Origin: Kangiella sp.
Lineage (GTDB): Bacteria; Pseudomonadota; Gammaproteobacteria; Enterobacterales; Kangiellaceae
DNA length: 64,000 nt
Direction of reading: 5' to 3'
Assembly (NCBI RefSeq): GCF_014762745.1
Contig: NZ_JABURJ010000015.1
Location: 21,303 to 85,302 of the forward strand
Below the pieces are notes generated by a model that saw only the letters and a program-made list of their open reading frames with translations, did no database searches and was not told the origin of the DNA. Of this stretch, positions 21,526 through 31,898 are shown piece after piece (the first letter of the stretch is position 1; every line of letters starts with the position of its first letter). A program made the position numbers and the translations under genes.

Positions 21526-21557
21526 TTAACAACTCATCTGTATTCTCACAAACCAAT

Positions 21558-21584
21558 AAAAAAGCCCAAATCACTTTGGGCTTT
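21558..21584. terminator. Bidirectional terminator
   Basis: AAAAAAGCCCAAA-TCAC-TTTGGGCTTT between convergent genes. Confidence 0.7.
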
Positions 21585-21596
21585 GATAACGAATAT

Positions 21597-21908
21597 TTAG
21601 AGCTTAATTTTGCTTTTGTTCTTATCGACCGTTTTCTGGCCAATGCCTTTCACTGCTGTCAGCTCATTGGCCGATTTGAATGGACCAAACTTCTTCCGGT
21701 AATCGATAATGGCCTCAGCCTTCTTTTGACCTACACCAGTTAATACTTTTGAAAGCTCTTTGGCATCGGCAGTATTAATATTGACTGTTGAGACTTGCTC
21801 AGAGGCTCCCTTGCCATTGGCAGCAGCCAAACCGCCTGGTTCCTTGGCGGCTAATGTTTGTGAGCTTACAGCTAATAATAGTGAAAGAATTAAAGCGAGT
21901 TTTTTCAT
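21597..21908 (-). CDS. comEA: ComEA helix-hairpin-helix DNA-binding protein
   Basis: Signal peptide, VNINTADAKEL, GVGQKKAEAII, VKGIG. Confidence 0.9.
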   Translation of the reverse strand: MKKLALILSLLLAVSSQTLAAKEPGGLAAANGKGASEQVSTVNINTADAKELSKVLTGVGQKKAEAIIDYRKKFGPFKSANELTAVKGIGQKTVDKNKSKIKL

Positions 21909-21989
21909 GGTTATCTCCTTGTTTTTAATATCCTTTTGTCGCTTTGATGCGACAGGGTGGAGAATATTATTTAGAGATAATGATTACAA

Positions 21990-22685
21990 CTAGCTTACGA
22001 TGCTTTCAGAAATATCGTACAGGGCTTTTAGCGGATCGCTAGCTTTTGTTATTGGGCGACCTATAACTAGATAGTCCGAACCAGCAGCTACCGCCTGCTC
22101 AGGGGTCATTATGCGGCTTTGATCACCGATTTCACTGCCTGGAGGGCGAATACCTGGCGTGACTAACTTAAACTCTTGCCCCAGCTGCTCTTTGAGTCGC
22201 TTTGCTTCCCAGGCAGAACAAACCACACCATCCAGACCAGCGGATTTTGAGATACTTGCCAGATGCTCTACCTGTTCCGGCAGATCGCGCTTGAAGCCTA
22301 TTTCACTATAGGCAACTTCATCCATACTGGTTAAAAGAGTTACCGCTATCAACAGTGGGCGGTTGTCGCACTCTTCTATGGCCTGACAAGCGGCGTGCAT
22401 CATTTTACTGCCGCCTGAGGCGTGAACGTTAACCATCCATACCCCAAGCTCAGCAGCGGCCTTACAGGCCTTTGCAACCGTATTCGGAATATCGTGAAAC
22501 TTGAGGTCTAGAAAGACCTTAAACCCTTTACCAACCAATTGCTTAACAAACTCGGGGCCAAACAGGGTAAACATCTCTTTGCCGACTTTTAAGCCACACA
22601 GCTCGGGTTTTAACTTATCAACTAGTTCAAGTGCCTCTTGCTGATTATCGTAATCCAGCGCAACCAGAATTTTAGGATCGGACAT
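21990..22685 (-). CDS. pyrF: Orotidine-5'-phosphate decarboxylase
   Basis: [31 protein letters not shown]. Confidence 0.97.
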   Translation of the reverse strand: MSDPKILVALDYDNQQEALELVDKLKPELCGLKVGKEMFTLFGPEFVKQLVGKGFKVFLDLKFHDIPNTVAKACKAAAELGVWMVNVHASGGSKMMHAACQAIEECDNRPLLIAVTLLTSMDEVAYSEIGFKRDLPEQVEHLASISKSAGLDGVVCSAWEAKRLKEQLGQEFKLVTPGIRPPGSEIGDQSRIMTPEQAVAAGSDYLVIGRPITKASDPLKALYDISESIVS

Positions 22686-22689
22686 TGTA

Positions 22690-23865
22690 TTACTCGCCTT
22701 CTATACCTTTAATGGGTTTAACAGAGCTCCACTCTTTACAGCTTGGGCATTGCCAGTAGATCGCTTTGGTGTGGAAACCACAGTTCTGGCACTCATAACG
22801 GGGCTTTCTTTGCAACAATTTTTCAACGATACCATCCAATAGTTGTAAACTTGGCTTTGCTGTATCCTGAGCATGCTCAATATGTAATGAAATCAGCCGG
22901 TGCAAGCCTTTCAATGAGGGCTTCTCCTGCAAATAATGGCCAATTAAGAGGGCTGCCGCCTTATCCCCCTGCTCCTTTTGGACAATCTTTGACAGCTCAA
23001 TAAGTAAAGAAACACCGGCGTCCTGCTCGAGACTTTCATTCAGGAACTGTTTATAGCCTTTGTCATCATGCTGCGCGCTGTAAGCCTCAGCAATTTTTGG
23101 TAAGGCTTCCGGTAAAAAGGCAATGTCCTGTTTAAGAATACGCTGGTAGGATTTAATGGCCTGCTTATAGTTATTTTGCTGTAGGTAAATATCACCTTGC
23201 AGCATACTGGCCCGGACTGAGTCGGGATTGATGGATAATGCTTTTTTCAGATTTGCCAGCGCGGCCTTGATGTCTCCTTCTCCTCGTTTCTGATCAGCCA
23301 GCTCGCAATAAAAATGGGCCAGAGGCTTGGATTGCTCTTCCCCCATCGAAGATTGGAGCTGTTCGGCTATTTTAGCCGCCTGGTCCCAGTCTTTAGTTAG
23401 CTGATAGATGTTCAGGAGTTGATGCAGAGATTCAGACTTATGCTCAGGGTCGGATAATAGCTCGTTAAACAGGCTTACTGCCCTGTCATACATTCCGACA
23501 GCATTGTAATCGAGTCCTAGCTGATACAGAGCCGTGTTGCGATCTTCGGTTTTAAGCTGAGGACGTGCAATGAGGTTTTGATGTAGACGAATGGCACGGT
23601 CAACCTCACCTCGTTTACGGAAAAGATTGCCCAGTGCAAGATGCGTTTCAACTGTATCAGTATCAACTGTAAGCAAGTCTATAAAAGTATCGACCGCCTT
23701 ATCTGCCTGCTCGTTCAGGAGATAGTTTAAGCCTTTGATATAATTACTGGACAAGCTGCCGTTGGAGCTGCTCTGTTCTTTACGTTGCTTACGGCCGAGT
23801 CGGTAGCCTGAAAATGCGGCAATGGGAAGTAGCGCCAGCACCCCATATAAAAACCAATCATTCAT
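22690..23865 (-). CDS. lapB: LPS assembly protein B (TPR plus rubredoxin domain)
   Basis: [42 protein letters not shown]...WQCPSCKEW. Confidence 0.95.
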   Translation of the reverse strand: MNDWFLYGVLALLPIAAFSGYRLGRKQRKEQSSSNGSLSSNYIKGLNYLLNEQADKAVDTFIDLLTVDTDTVETHLALGNLFRKRGEVDRAIRLHQNLIARPQLKTEDRNTALYQLGLDYNAVGMYDRAVSLFNELLSDPEHKSESLHQLLNIYQLTKDWDQAAKIAEQLQSSMGEEQSKPLAHFYCELADQKRGEGDIKAALANLKKALSINPDSVRASMLQGDIYLQQNNYKQAIKSYQRILKQDIAFLPEALPKIAEAYSAQHDDKGYKQFLNESLEQDAGVSLLIELSKIVQKEQGDKAAALLIGHYLQEKPSLKGLHRLISLHIEHAQDTAKPSLQLLDGIVEKLLQRKPRYECQNCGFHTKAIYWQCPSCKEWSSVKPIKGIEGE

Positions 23866-23866
23866 C

Positions 23867-24160
23867 TCAAACCGTATCCTTGACCGGCGCAGTCCTCAAG
23901 TTTTTCAATTCCTGTTCAGCTTTATTTAGCCGGCTCTGACAACGCTTCAGTTTAACTCTCAGCTTAAATACCGCAATAGTCATAGCCAGAACACCCAATA
24001 CCAAGCCTATTAAGGCTACCCAGAAGATAAGGGTAGAAAGGGCAAGCTCAGACTCAGCAAAAAGATAATCAACCACAATCGGCTGATTATTATTAAGTGC
24101 GAAGACGGTGCTCAGGATCAACAGAGCAATGAAGAGTATTATCGCGAAGAGTTGTCGCAA
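23867..24160 (-). CDS. lapA: LPS assembly protein A
   Basis: Two TM segments with FA..N.Q...VDY pattern, between ihfB and lapB. Confidence 0.85.
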   Translation of the reverse strand: MRQLFAIILFIALLILSTVFALNNNQPIVVDYLFAESELALSTLIFWVALIGLVLGVLAMTIAVFKLRVKLKRCQSRLNKAEQELKNLRTAPVKDTV

Positions 24161-24201
24161 GGTATTCTCCGTTTTGTCAGAAATGCTTATTTAAGAGGTA
24201 A

Positions 24202-24510
24202 TTAAGGCTTTATCGGTTTATCCTGGCCATCGTTCACACGCTCACGCAGCTCTTTGCCTGGCTTGAAGTGTGGAACATATTTACCATCTAACTTGACCGA
24301 CTCACCCGTTTTAGGATTACGGCCTACGCGTGGCGCTCTGTAGTGCAGCGAAAAGCTACCAAAGCCACGGATCTCAATGCGGTCTCCGTCAGCCAGAGAT
24401 TCCGACATTTGATCTAACATGGATTTCACTACCAGTTCGACATCACGTACTGATAGCTGTGGATTCTTATCCACTAAGCGCTCTATCAATTGCGATTTTG
24501 TCATGGGCAT
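24202..24510 (-). CDS. ihfB: Integration host factor beta
   Basis: [39 protein letters not shown]. Confidence 0.97.
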   Translation of the reverse strand: MPMTKSQLIERLVDKNPQLSVRDVELVVKSMLDQMSESLADGDRIEIRGFGSFSLHYRAPRVGRNPKTGESVKLDGKYVPHFKPGKELRERVNDGQDKPIKP

Positions 24511-24615
24511 TATCCTTACATCGTTAAACCTGATGGTTACAGTATGGTGGATTTTACCTGAAAATGCACCTAACTGTTTTAATTATATGATCTTTTTTAC
24601 ACTTTTTCTAAGCAC

Positions 24616-24641
24616 AAAAAAGCCCGACCTGAGTCGGGCTT
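24616..24641 (-). terminator. rpsA terminator
   Basis: AGCCCGAC-CTGA-GTCGGGCT with a T tract on the minus strand. Confidence 0.8.
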
Positions 24642-24678
24642 GATTTGGATCATGATGCTATAAGCAATCAATACGCGA

Positions 24679-26346
24679 TTATTCGTCGCCTAATTGCTCT
24701 TTCAACAAGTCACCCAAGGTCGCTGGAGCAGAAGAATCATTGCTGAATTCTTTGATTGCAGCAGCTTCTTCAGCAGCATCTTTCGCCTTAATAGAAAGGT
24801 TCAAGTTACGGTTTTTCTTGTCAACACCCATGAATTTGGCTTCGATTTCGTCACCAACACTCAGGTGTTTGCTAGCATCTTCAACACGATCAGTGCTGAT
24901 GTCTGAAGCACGCACGTAGCCGTCAATGTTGTCAGCCAATTCAATCAATGCACCTTTCGCATCAACTTCTTTAACCTTACCTTTAACAAGACTACCTTTT
25001 GGATGTTCAGAAAGGTACTCAGCTAATGGGTCTGAATCAACCTGCTTGATACCTAGAGAGATACGCTCACGCTCAGCGTCAACGGCTAGAACAACCGCTT
25101 CAACTTCGTCGCCTTTCTTGTAGTCACGAACGGCTTCTTCACCTGGAACTGTCCAAGAAATGTCAGACAAGTGAACAAGACCATCGATACCACCGTCAAG
25201 ACCGATGAAGATACCAAAGTCAGTGATAGACTTAATGCTACCAGATACTTTGTCGCCTTTGTTATGAGTTGCAGCGAATTCGTTCCAAGGATTTGGTACG
25301 CATTGCTTGATACCTAGAGAGATACGACGACGCTCTTCGTCGATATCAAGAACCATAACTTCAACTTCATCACCCAAGTTAACCACTTTAGATGGGTGGA
25401 TGTTTTTGTTAGTCCAGTCCATTTCAGAAACGTGAACCAAACCTTCAACGCCATCTTCGATTTCAACGAAGCAACCGTAATCAGTAAGGTTGGTTACACG
25501 ACCTTGTAGACGTGCACCTTCTGGGTAACGGTCATTGATATCAACCCATGGATCTGAACCCAATTGCTTGATACCTAGTGATACGCGGTTACGCTCACGG
25601 TCAAATTTAAGAACTTTAACGTCGATTTCGTCACCAACCTGAACCACTTCACTTGGGTGCTTAATGCGTTTCCAAGCCATGTCGGTGATGTGTAGCAAGC
25701 CATCAATACCGCCCAAGTCAACGAACGCACCGTAATCGGTAAGGTTCTTAACGATACCTTTAAGCTCTGAACCTTCTTCCAGATTCTCAAGAAGCTCTTC
25801 ACGCTCAGCACTGTTTTCAGACTCGATAACAGCACGACGAGAAACCACTACGTTGTTACGTTTTTGGTCTAGTTTGATAACTTTAAAGTCAAGCTCAACA
25901 CCTTCAAGGTGTGTTGTATCACGTACTGGACGAACGTCTACCAATGAACCTGGCAAGAACGCACGAATTGATTGAACGTCAACTGTGAAACCACCTTTAA
26001 CTTTACCAGTGATAACACCTTTAATCGTTTCGTTCGCTTCATGAGCAGCTTCCAAAACACCCCAGGCCGCAAAACGCTTAGCGCGCTCACGTGATAGGCG
26101 TGTTTCACCAAAACCATCTTCAACAGCGTCTAAAGCAACTTGTACTTCATCACCGACAGAAACTTCCAGCTCACCCGAATCGCTTAAAAATTGATTACGT
26201 GGGATAACACCTTCAGATTTCAAACCAGCGTTTACAACAACTACTTCGTTGTCAATATCAACCACCACACCAGTGATGATTGCACCTGGACGCATTTCTA
26301 TGTTTGCTAAACTTTCTTCAAAAAGTTGTGCGAAATTTTCGCTCAT
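24679..26346 (-). CDS. rpsA: 30S ribosomal protein S1
   Basis: [12 protein letters not shown], six S1 domains, TLGDLLK end. Confidence 0.98.
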   Translation of the reverse strand: MSENFAQLFEESLANIEMRPGAIITGVVVDIDNEVVVVNAGLKSEGVIPRNQFLSDSGELEVSVGDEVQVALDAVEDGFGETRLSRERAKRFAAWGVLEAAHEANETIKGVITGKVKGGFTVDVQSIRAFLPGSLVDVRPVRDTTHLEGVELDFKVIKLDQKRNNVVVSRRAVIESENSAEREELLENLEEGSELKGIVKNLTDYGAFVDLGGIDGLLHITDMAWKRIKHPSEVVQVGDEIDVKVLKFDRERNRVSLGIKQLGSDPWVDINDRYPEGARLQGRVTNLTDYGCFVEIEDGVEGLVHVSEMDWTNKNIHPSKVVNLGDEVEVMVLDIDEERRRISLGIKQCVPNPWNEFAATHNKGDKVSGSIKSITDFGIFIGLDGGIDGLVHLSDISWTVPGEEAVRDYKKGDEVEAVVLAVDAERERISLGIKQVDSDPLAEYLSEHPKGSLVKGKVKEVDAKGALIELADNIDGYVRASDISTDRVEDASKHLSVGDEIEAKFMGVDKKNRNLNLSIKAKDAAEEAAAIKEFSNDSSAPATLGDLLKEQLGDE

Positions 26347-26478
26347 TCGTTAGTACCTGATATTCTTTGCCGGCAAAAACCGAACAAAGGCTTGTTTAAA
26401 TCACCACACTATGGTCCTATAGTCATGGGTCAGTTAGTTAAGCCAGCTCAACCATCCTTGCAAGCCAGCGTTTAAAAA

Positions 26479-27165
26479 TTATTCAGAAAATCCTATAAAA
26501 TCAAGGATTTGCTGAACCACTTCATCAATAGATAATTGTGAGCTATCAATAACAAAAGCACCCTCTGCTGGCACCAGTGGGGCCACAGTTCGAGTGCGAT
26601 CACGCTCATCTCTATCGATGATGCTTTTTAAAAGGTGCGAAATGTTAGCATCTACGCCCTTTTCGATCAACTGTTTATAGCGTCTTTCTGCCCGTATTTC
26701 GGGGCTTGCAGTCAAGAAAATCTTGTAGTCAGCATCGGTAAAAACTACCGTCCCCATGTCACGTCCATCCGCAACTAAACCCGGAGCCTGTCTAAACTGT
26801 CGCTGCCTGGTCAATAAAGCTTCTCTGACTTCTGGAATGGCTGCTACCTTTGACGCCATGGCACTCGTTTCATCGAGACGAAGTTTTACGCCTACATACT
26901 GACCATTGAGCAGTACCTTTTGCTCACCATCGGGATTCGGCTCAAACACCACATTAAGGTTTAATGCGGCATTGGCTACGGCCTGAGTATTTTCAGGGTC
27001 AATGCCCTGCTCGATAACCGAAAGTGCCGTAAGACGGTACAAAGCTCCACTATCCAATAAATGATAGCCGAGCTTTGTTGCAAGAATTTGACTGATGGTG
27101 CCTTTTCCGGAGCCGCTTGGCCCGTCAATCGCAATGACAGGCACCTGTTGATTAGTTTCACTCAT
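26479..27165 (-). CDS. cmk: Cytidylate kinase
   Basis: IAIDGPSGSGKGT, LDSGALYR, VADGRDMGTVVF. Confidence 0.97.
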   Translation of the reverse strand: MSETNQQVPVIAIDGPSGSGKGTISQILATKLGYHLLDSGALYRLTALSVIEQGIDPENTQAVANAALNLNVVFEPNPDGEQKVLLNGQYVGVKLRLDETSAMASKVAAIPEVREALLTRQRQFRQAPGLVADGRDMGTVVFTDADYKIFLTASPEIRAERRYKQLIEKGVDANISHLLKSIIDRDERDRTRTVAPLVPAEGAFVIDSSQLSIDEVVQQILDFIGFSE

Positions 27166-27172
27166 TTGACAA

Positions 27173-28273
27173 TTACTTAGTCATTTCACGCAGTACGCGA
27201 ATGAACTTGGCATTTTCTTCTTCAAGACCAATACTGATTCGCAAGTGATTGGGCATTTCATAATTGGCCACGGGACGAACAATCACGCCCTGCTCCAGCA
27301 TTTGCTGATACAAAGGTCCTGCTGCCTGTTTCATGTCGACTGTAATGAAGTTGGTTACTGAAGGAATATAGTCATAACCAAGCTCGTCAAAAGCGCTGAT
27401 CAGCTGCTGCATACCGGATTTGTTAACATCCAGGGCTTTTTGCAAGTAAGCGTGATCATCCAGCACAGCTTCTGCTGCTGCCAAGGCTAATGAATTCATA
27501 TTAAATGGCTGGCGCGGACGGTTGATCAGGCCAGTGATTTCTTCATTGGCAACCGCATAACCAGCACGAACGCCCGCTAAACCGTACGCTTTAGAGAAGG
27601 TGCGGGTCACGATCAGGTTCGGATATTCTTTAATCCATGGGATCGTTTGAGGGTATTCTGCATCTTCTACATACTCATAGTAGGCTTCATCCACTACCAC
27701 GATCACATCTTCCGGAACCTTGTCCATAAAGGCTTTGAGGTCAGTTTTATTGACCCAGGTACCGGTTGGGTTATTAGGGTTAGCGATGAAAATCATACGA
27801 GTATTAGGTGTGATTGCCGCAGCTGTCGCTTCAAGGTCATGGCCCCAGTCTTTAGCCGGAATAACCACCTTCTTGGCACCAATAGCCTGGGTCACAATCG
27901 GATACACCACAAAGGCGTGCTGCGAGAAGATCACTTCATGCTCAGGCGCAACAAAGACACGAGCAATCAGTTCAAGTACATCGTTAGAACCGTTTCCCAG
28001 CGTGATTTGACTGATAGATACGCCCATGCGCTCAGCCAGTTTGGCTTTCAGGTAATAACCGTTGGCATCTGGATAGCGCGCCAGGTCAGCAAACTCCTTC
28101 TCCATGGCAGCTTTCGCTTTAGCACTGATACCAATAGGGTTCTCATTACTTGCCAGCTTGACGATATTGGTAATACCCAGCTCTCTCTCCAGCTCAGAAA
28201 TCGGCTTTCCAGGCTGATATGGGTGCAGTTCCTGAACACCTTTATTGGCCAAAGCGATAAAATCACAACTCAT
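27173..28273 (-). CDS. hisC: Histidinol-phosphate/aromatic aminotransferase
   Basis: KLASNENP, ANPNNPTGT, DEAYYE, RTFSKAYGLAGVRAGY. Confidence 0.93.
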   Translation of the reverse strand: MSCDFIALANKGVQELHPYQPGKPISELERELGITNIVKLASNENPIGISAKAKAAMEKEFADLARYPDANGYYLKAKLAERMGVSISQITLGNGSNDVLELIARVFVAPEHEVIFSQHAFVVYPIVTQAIGAKKVVIPAKDWGHDLEATAAAITPNTRMIFIANPNNPTGTWVNKTDLKAFMDKVPEDVIVVVDEAYYEYVEDAEYPQTIPWIKEYPNLIVTRTFSKAYGLAGVRAGYAVANEEITGLINRPRQPFNMNSLALAAAEAVLDDHAYLQKALDVNKSGMQQLISAFDELGYDYIPSVTNFITVDMKQAAGPLYQQMLEQGVIVRPVANYEMPNHLRISIGLEEENAKFIRVLREMTK

Positions 28274-28493
28274 AACTTACTCCAGTCTTTTATACTTTCA
28301 ATCACGCTTAACACCGCATGCGTGACAGTCGATTCTTCGAAATGGCCGCCATTATCCTTGAAACTCACCAGATTTTCACCCCTTAAGCCTTAAAACATGG
28401 CTGCACTAGCTTGCGCTGGATTTTCGTGAATTTAATGGTATATAGTTAGTGCCTTAAAATTACGTATTATTAACAAACCACGGAAGACTCAAA

Positions 28494-30692
28494 ATGAAGT
28501 ATCTCATTATATTACTTAGTCTTATTCTGATTGGGGTGGGCATTTATTTCGCGACAACCGATAAAGCGCCTGATCCCGCCGAGCAAACCATAACCACTGA
28601 GACCGATGTGAACAACAATCAAGACAATCAGTCCCCACAGCCTCCTGTTGCTAAAAAAGTTACTCATGAGATGACCATTCATGGCGATACTCGCGTGGAT
28701 AACTATTATTGGATGCGTGACGACAGTCGCACCGATCCTGAGATTCTGGCTCATCTTGAAGCAGAGAATGACTATAAAGAAGCCATGCTTGCGGATACCA
28801 AGAGTTTGCAAGAAAAACTTTATAACGAAATGGTCAGCCGTTTGGAAAAGGATAAGTCTACGGTTCCTTACCGGCAAGGCGACTACTTCTATTATGTTCG
28901 CTTTGAAGAAGACAGCGAATACCCTATTTATGCTCGCAAAAAAGGGTCAATAGATGCAGAAGAAGAGGTTCTGCTTAATGTTAATGAGCTTGCGCAGGGA
29001 CATGACTACTTTAATGTAGCTGCAACTGAAGTTAGTCCTAACCAGAAACTGTTAGCTTACTCAGATGATAGTATTGGTCGCAGAGTTTACTCCATTCGGT
29101 TCAAGGATCTGACCACCGGAGAACTGTTAGCAGATACTATCGAGAACACTGAGGGCGGCGCAGTCTGGGCCAATGATAACCGTCATGTCTTTTACATCAG
29201 CAAAGACCCACAGACTCTTCTAGGTTACCAGGTCTATCGCCACAAGCTAGGTACAGAGCAGTCTGAGGATGTTCTGGTTTATGAAGAGGATGATCGCTCA
29301 TTCTACACCGGCCTTACCAAAACTCTGGATGGTTCTCTGATTAAAGTTGGGCATTACAGTACGGAGACTAAAGGCGAAAGCTTGCTCGACGCTAATGCTC
29401 CAGAAAACAGCGAATTCAAACCTTTTTATCCGCTTGAAGAAGGGCATGAGTACTCGACTTATAAATCGGGCGACTACTTTTATGTTCTGACCAATAAGGA
29501 CGCTAAAAATTTCCGCCTGATGAAAGTTCATCAAGACAAACATGATGATTTTTCTGCTTGGGAAGAAGTCATCCCACATCGTGAAGATACCCAAATTACT
29601 GCCGTTATCGCATTTAAGGATTATCTGGCAGTTACTGAGCGCAGCAATGGCTTAACCAGTATTCGTGTCATGGATTTTGCCGATGGTTCTTTCAAATCGG
29701 TCAGCTTTGACGATCCTGCATACGCGGCTCGTTTCTCCACCAATAAAAATTTCGACAGCAACACTTTAAGATATGCCTATTCGAGCATGACAACGCCTGA
29801 CTCCATCTATGACTTTGATATGGTCACTGGAGAAAGCACTCTATTGAAACAGGATAAAGTGTTAGGCGATTTTGACAGCAATGACTATCAGAGCGAGCGC
29901 CTCTTCATTGAAGCCAGGGATGGAGCAAAAGTGCCCGTTTCACTGGTTTATCGTAAAGATCAATTCAAAAAGGATGGTACCAACCCGCTCTATCAGTACG
30001 GTTATGGCTCCTATGGCGCAACCATGGATGCCAACTTCCGTTCAAACTGGTTATCGCTGGTCGATCGTGGTTTTGTTGTGGCCATTGCTCATATTCGCGG
30101 CAGTCAGATGCTTGGACGTCAATGGTATGAAGATGGGAAAATGTTCAATAAAATCAACACATTTAATGATTTTATTGATGTTACCGATGGTTTGGTTAAT
30201 CAAAAGTATGCAGCCAAGGATAAAGTCTTTATCGCAGGCGGCAGTGCCGGCGGTTTATTGATGGGCACCGTGATTAATATGGCTCCGGAAAAGTATGCAG
30301 GTGTCGCTGCGCATGTGCCTTTTGTTGATGTCGTCACCACCATGCTTGATGAGTCAATTCCATTGACCACTAATGAATATGATGAATGGGGCAACCCAAA
30401 TAACAAAGACTCTTATGAGTACATGCTGTCCTATTCACCTTACGACAACATCAAAGCTCAGGACTATCCGAACATGTTAGTCACTACCGGATTGCATGAT
30501 TCACAGGTTCAATATTTTGAGCCCATGAAATGGGTAGCAAAGCTTCGTGAATTTAAAACTGACAATAACAAATTGCTATTCCACACCAATATGGAAGCTG
30601 GTCATGGCGGTGCATCGGGTCGGTTTAAAAGACTTGAACAAACCGCAATGGAGTATGCGTTCTTTTTAGATTTACTGGGAATTAACGATTAG
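28494..30692 (+). CDS. ptrB: S9A oligopeptidase B (protease II) with N-terminal hydrophobic anchor
   Basis: DNYYWMRDD, GGSAGGL catalytic Ser, HDSQV, AGHGGASG catalytic His. Confidence 0.93.
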   Translation: MKYLIILLSLILIGVGIYFATTDKAPDPAEQTITTETDVNNNQDNQSPQPPVAKKVTHEMTIHGDTRVDNYYWMRDDSRTDPEILAHLEAENDYKEAMLADTKSLQEKLYNEMVSRLEKDKSTVPYRQGDYFYYVRFEEDSEYPIYARKKGSIDAEEEVLLNVNELAQGHDYFNVAATEVSPNQKLLAYSDDSIGRRVYSIRFKDLTTGELLADTIENTEGGAVWANDNRHVFYISKDPQTLLGYQVYRHKLGTEQSEDVLVYEEDDRSFYTGLTKTLDGSLIKVGHYSTETKGESLLDANAPENSEFKPFYPLEEGHEYSTYKSGDYFYVLTNKDAKNFRLMKVHQDKHDDFSAWEEVIPHREDTQITAVIAFKDYLAVTERSNGLTSIRVMDFADGSFKSVSFDDPAYAARFSTNKNFDSNTLRYAYSSMTTPDSIYDFDMVTGESTLLKQDKVLGDFDSNDYQSERLFIEARDGAKVPVSLVYRKDQFKKDGTNPLYQYGYGSYGATMDANFRSNWLSLVDRGFVVAIAHIRGSQMLGRQWYEDGKMFNKINTFNDFIDVTDGLVNQKYAAKDKVFIAGGSAGGLLMGTVINMAPEKYAGVAAHVPFVDVVTTMLDESIPLTTNEYDEWGNPNNKDSYEYMLSYSPYDNIKAQDYPNMLVTTGLHDSQVQYFEPMKWVAKLREFKTDNNKLLFHTNMEAGHGGASGRFKRLEQTAMEYAFFLDLLGIND

Positions 30693-30718
30693 TAAGAAAT
30701 GATTTAAGACAATGATTT

Positions 30719-30745
30719 AGGGCGACTATTCAGTCGCCCTTTTTT
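30719..30745. terminator. Terminator between convergent ptrB and serC
   Basis: AGGGCGACT-ATTC-AGTCGCCCT followed by TTTTT. Confidence 0.8.
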
Positions 30746-30759
30746 GTATGTCAATTGAG

Positions 30760-31845
30760 CTAAGATTTGCGCTCAAATTCCTTCATGAAGTCAACTAAGG
30801 TTTGCACACCTTCCAAAGGCATTGCATTGTAGATACTGGCTCGCATACCACCGAAGTCACGATGCCCTTTTAATGCCAGTAGACCTTGCTCTTTTGCTTG
30901 GTGTAAGAAAACCGAATCCAGTTCTGGATTACTTAAGGTAAAGGCCACATTCATCACTGAACGAGAATCTTTTGCGACTGGTGAGTGATAAAAATCTGAA
31001 GCATCTATGGCATCATAAAGCAGCTGTGCTTTCTGATGATTGACCTTCTCAATGGCTTCTACACCACCCTGTTCCAATAACCATTCGAATACCAGGCTGG
31101 CCAGATAAATACCAAAACTGGGCGGTGTGTTGTACATGGATTTATGCTGTGCCATCAGTGGGTACTGAAATAATGACGGCACTCGGTGGGTCTGCATTTG
31201 TTCGAATAAGTCTTCACGCACAATCACCACAGTCATTCCCGATGGGCCAATATTTTTTTGCGCACCGGCATAGATCAAGGCGTACTTTTCGATATCAATC
31301 GGACGCGATAAAATATCTGAACACATGTCGCACACAAGCTTCCCAGCAAACGCTTTTGGCTCGGTTTTGAACTGCACGCCGACAATAGTTTCGTTTGAAG
31401 TAAAGTGTAGATACTTTCCATTCTCATCCAGTTGCCATTCAGACTCGGGAACAATCGCTAAGCCTTCATTAGTTTGCTGAAAGCCCTGCTGAACATGGAT
31501 ATTGCCGAAGTTTTTCGCTTCCTGAATAGCCTTTTTAGACCAATGAGCCTGCTCAAGATAATTGGCAGTATCATTCGCAGCCAGAAAGTTCATCGGCACC
31601 ATTGCAAACTGATGGGAAGCACTACCGTGCATGAATAATACGCGGTAGTGGTTGGGGATATTGAGGAGTTTTCTAAAGTCGGCTTCGGTTTGCTCAAGCA
31701 GCTCAGTGAATTCAGGCGTTCTATGGCCGAACTCCATTACTGAGCAACCATGACCATTCCAATCTAGCAGTTCTTGTTGCGCCCTTTCGAGCACTTCGGT
31801 CGGCATGGCCGCTGGGCCAGCACTAAAATTATAACCACGGTTCAT
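30760..31845 (-). CDS. serC: Phosphoserine aminotransferase
   Basis: YNFSAGPA, NETIVG, GAQKNIGP, YNTPP, GHRDFGGMRASIYNA. Confidence 0.97.
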   Translation of the reverse strand: MNRGYNFSAGPAAMPTEVLERAQQELLDWNGHGCSVMEFGHRTPEFTELLEQTEADFRKLLNIPNHYRVLFMHGSASHQFAMVPMNFLAANDTANYLEQAHWSKKAIQEAKNFGNIHVQQGFQQTNEGLAIVPESEWQLDENGKYLHFTSNETIVGVQFKTEPKAFAGKLVCDMCSDILSRPIDIEKYALIYAGAQKNIGPSGMTVVIVREDLFEQMQTHRVPSLFQYPLMAQHKSMYNTPPSFGIYLASLVFEWLLEQGGVEAIEKVNHQKAQLLYDAIDASDFYHSPVAKDSRSVMNVAFTLSNPELDSVFLHQAKEQGLLALKGHRDFGGMRASIYNAMPLEGVQTLVDFMKEFERKS

Positions 31846-31898
31846 GTCGTAGCCTGTTCTCTAACCTGTTAACAAAACAAAGGAGCAAGCGTTAAAGC

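Noticed and set aside
27647-28393. 248-aa plus-strand ORF, and many other antisense or nested ORFs in the track
   Set aside because: They are shadows of well-conserved genes (here hisC), caused by codon bias on the opposite strand, and have no motifs.
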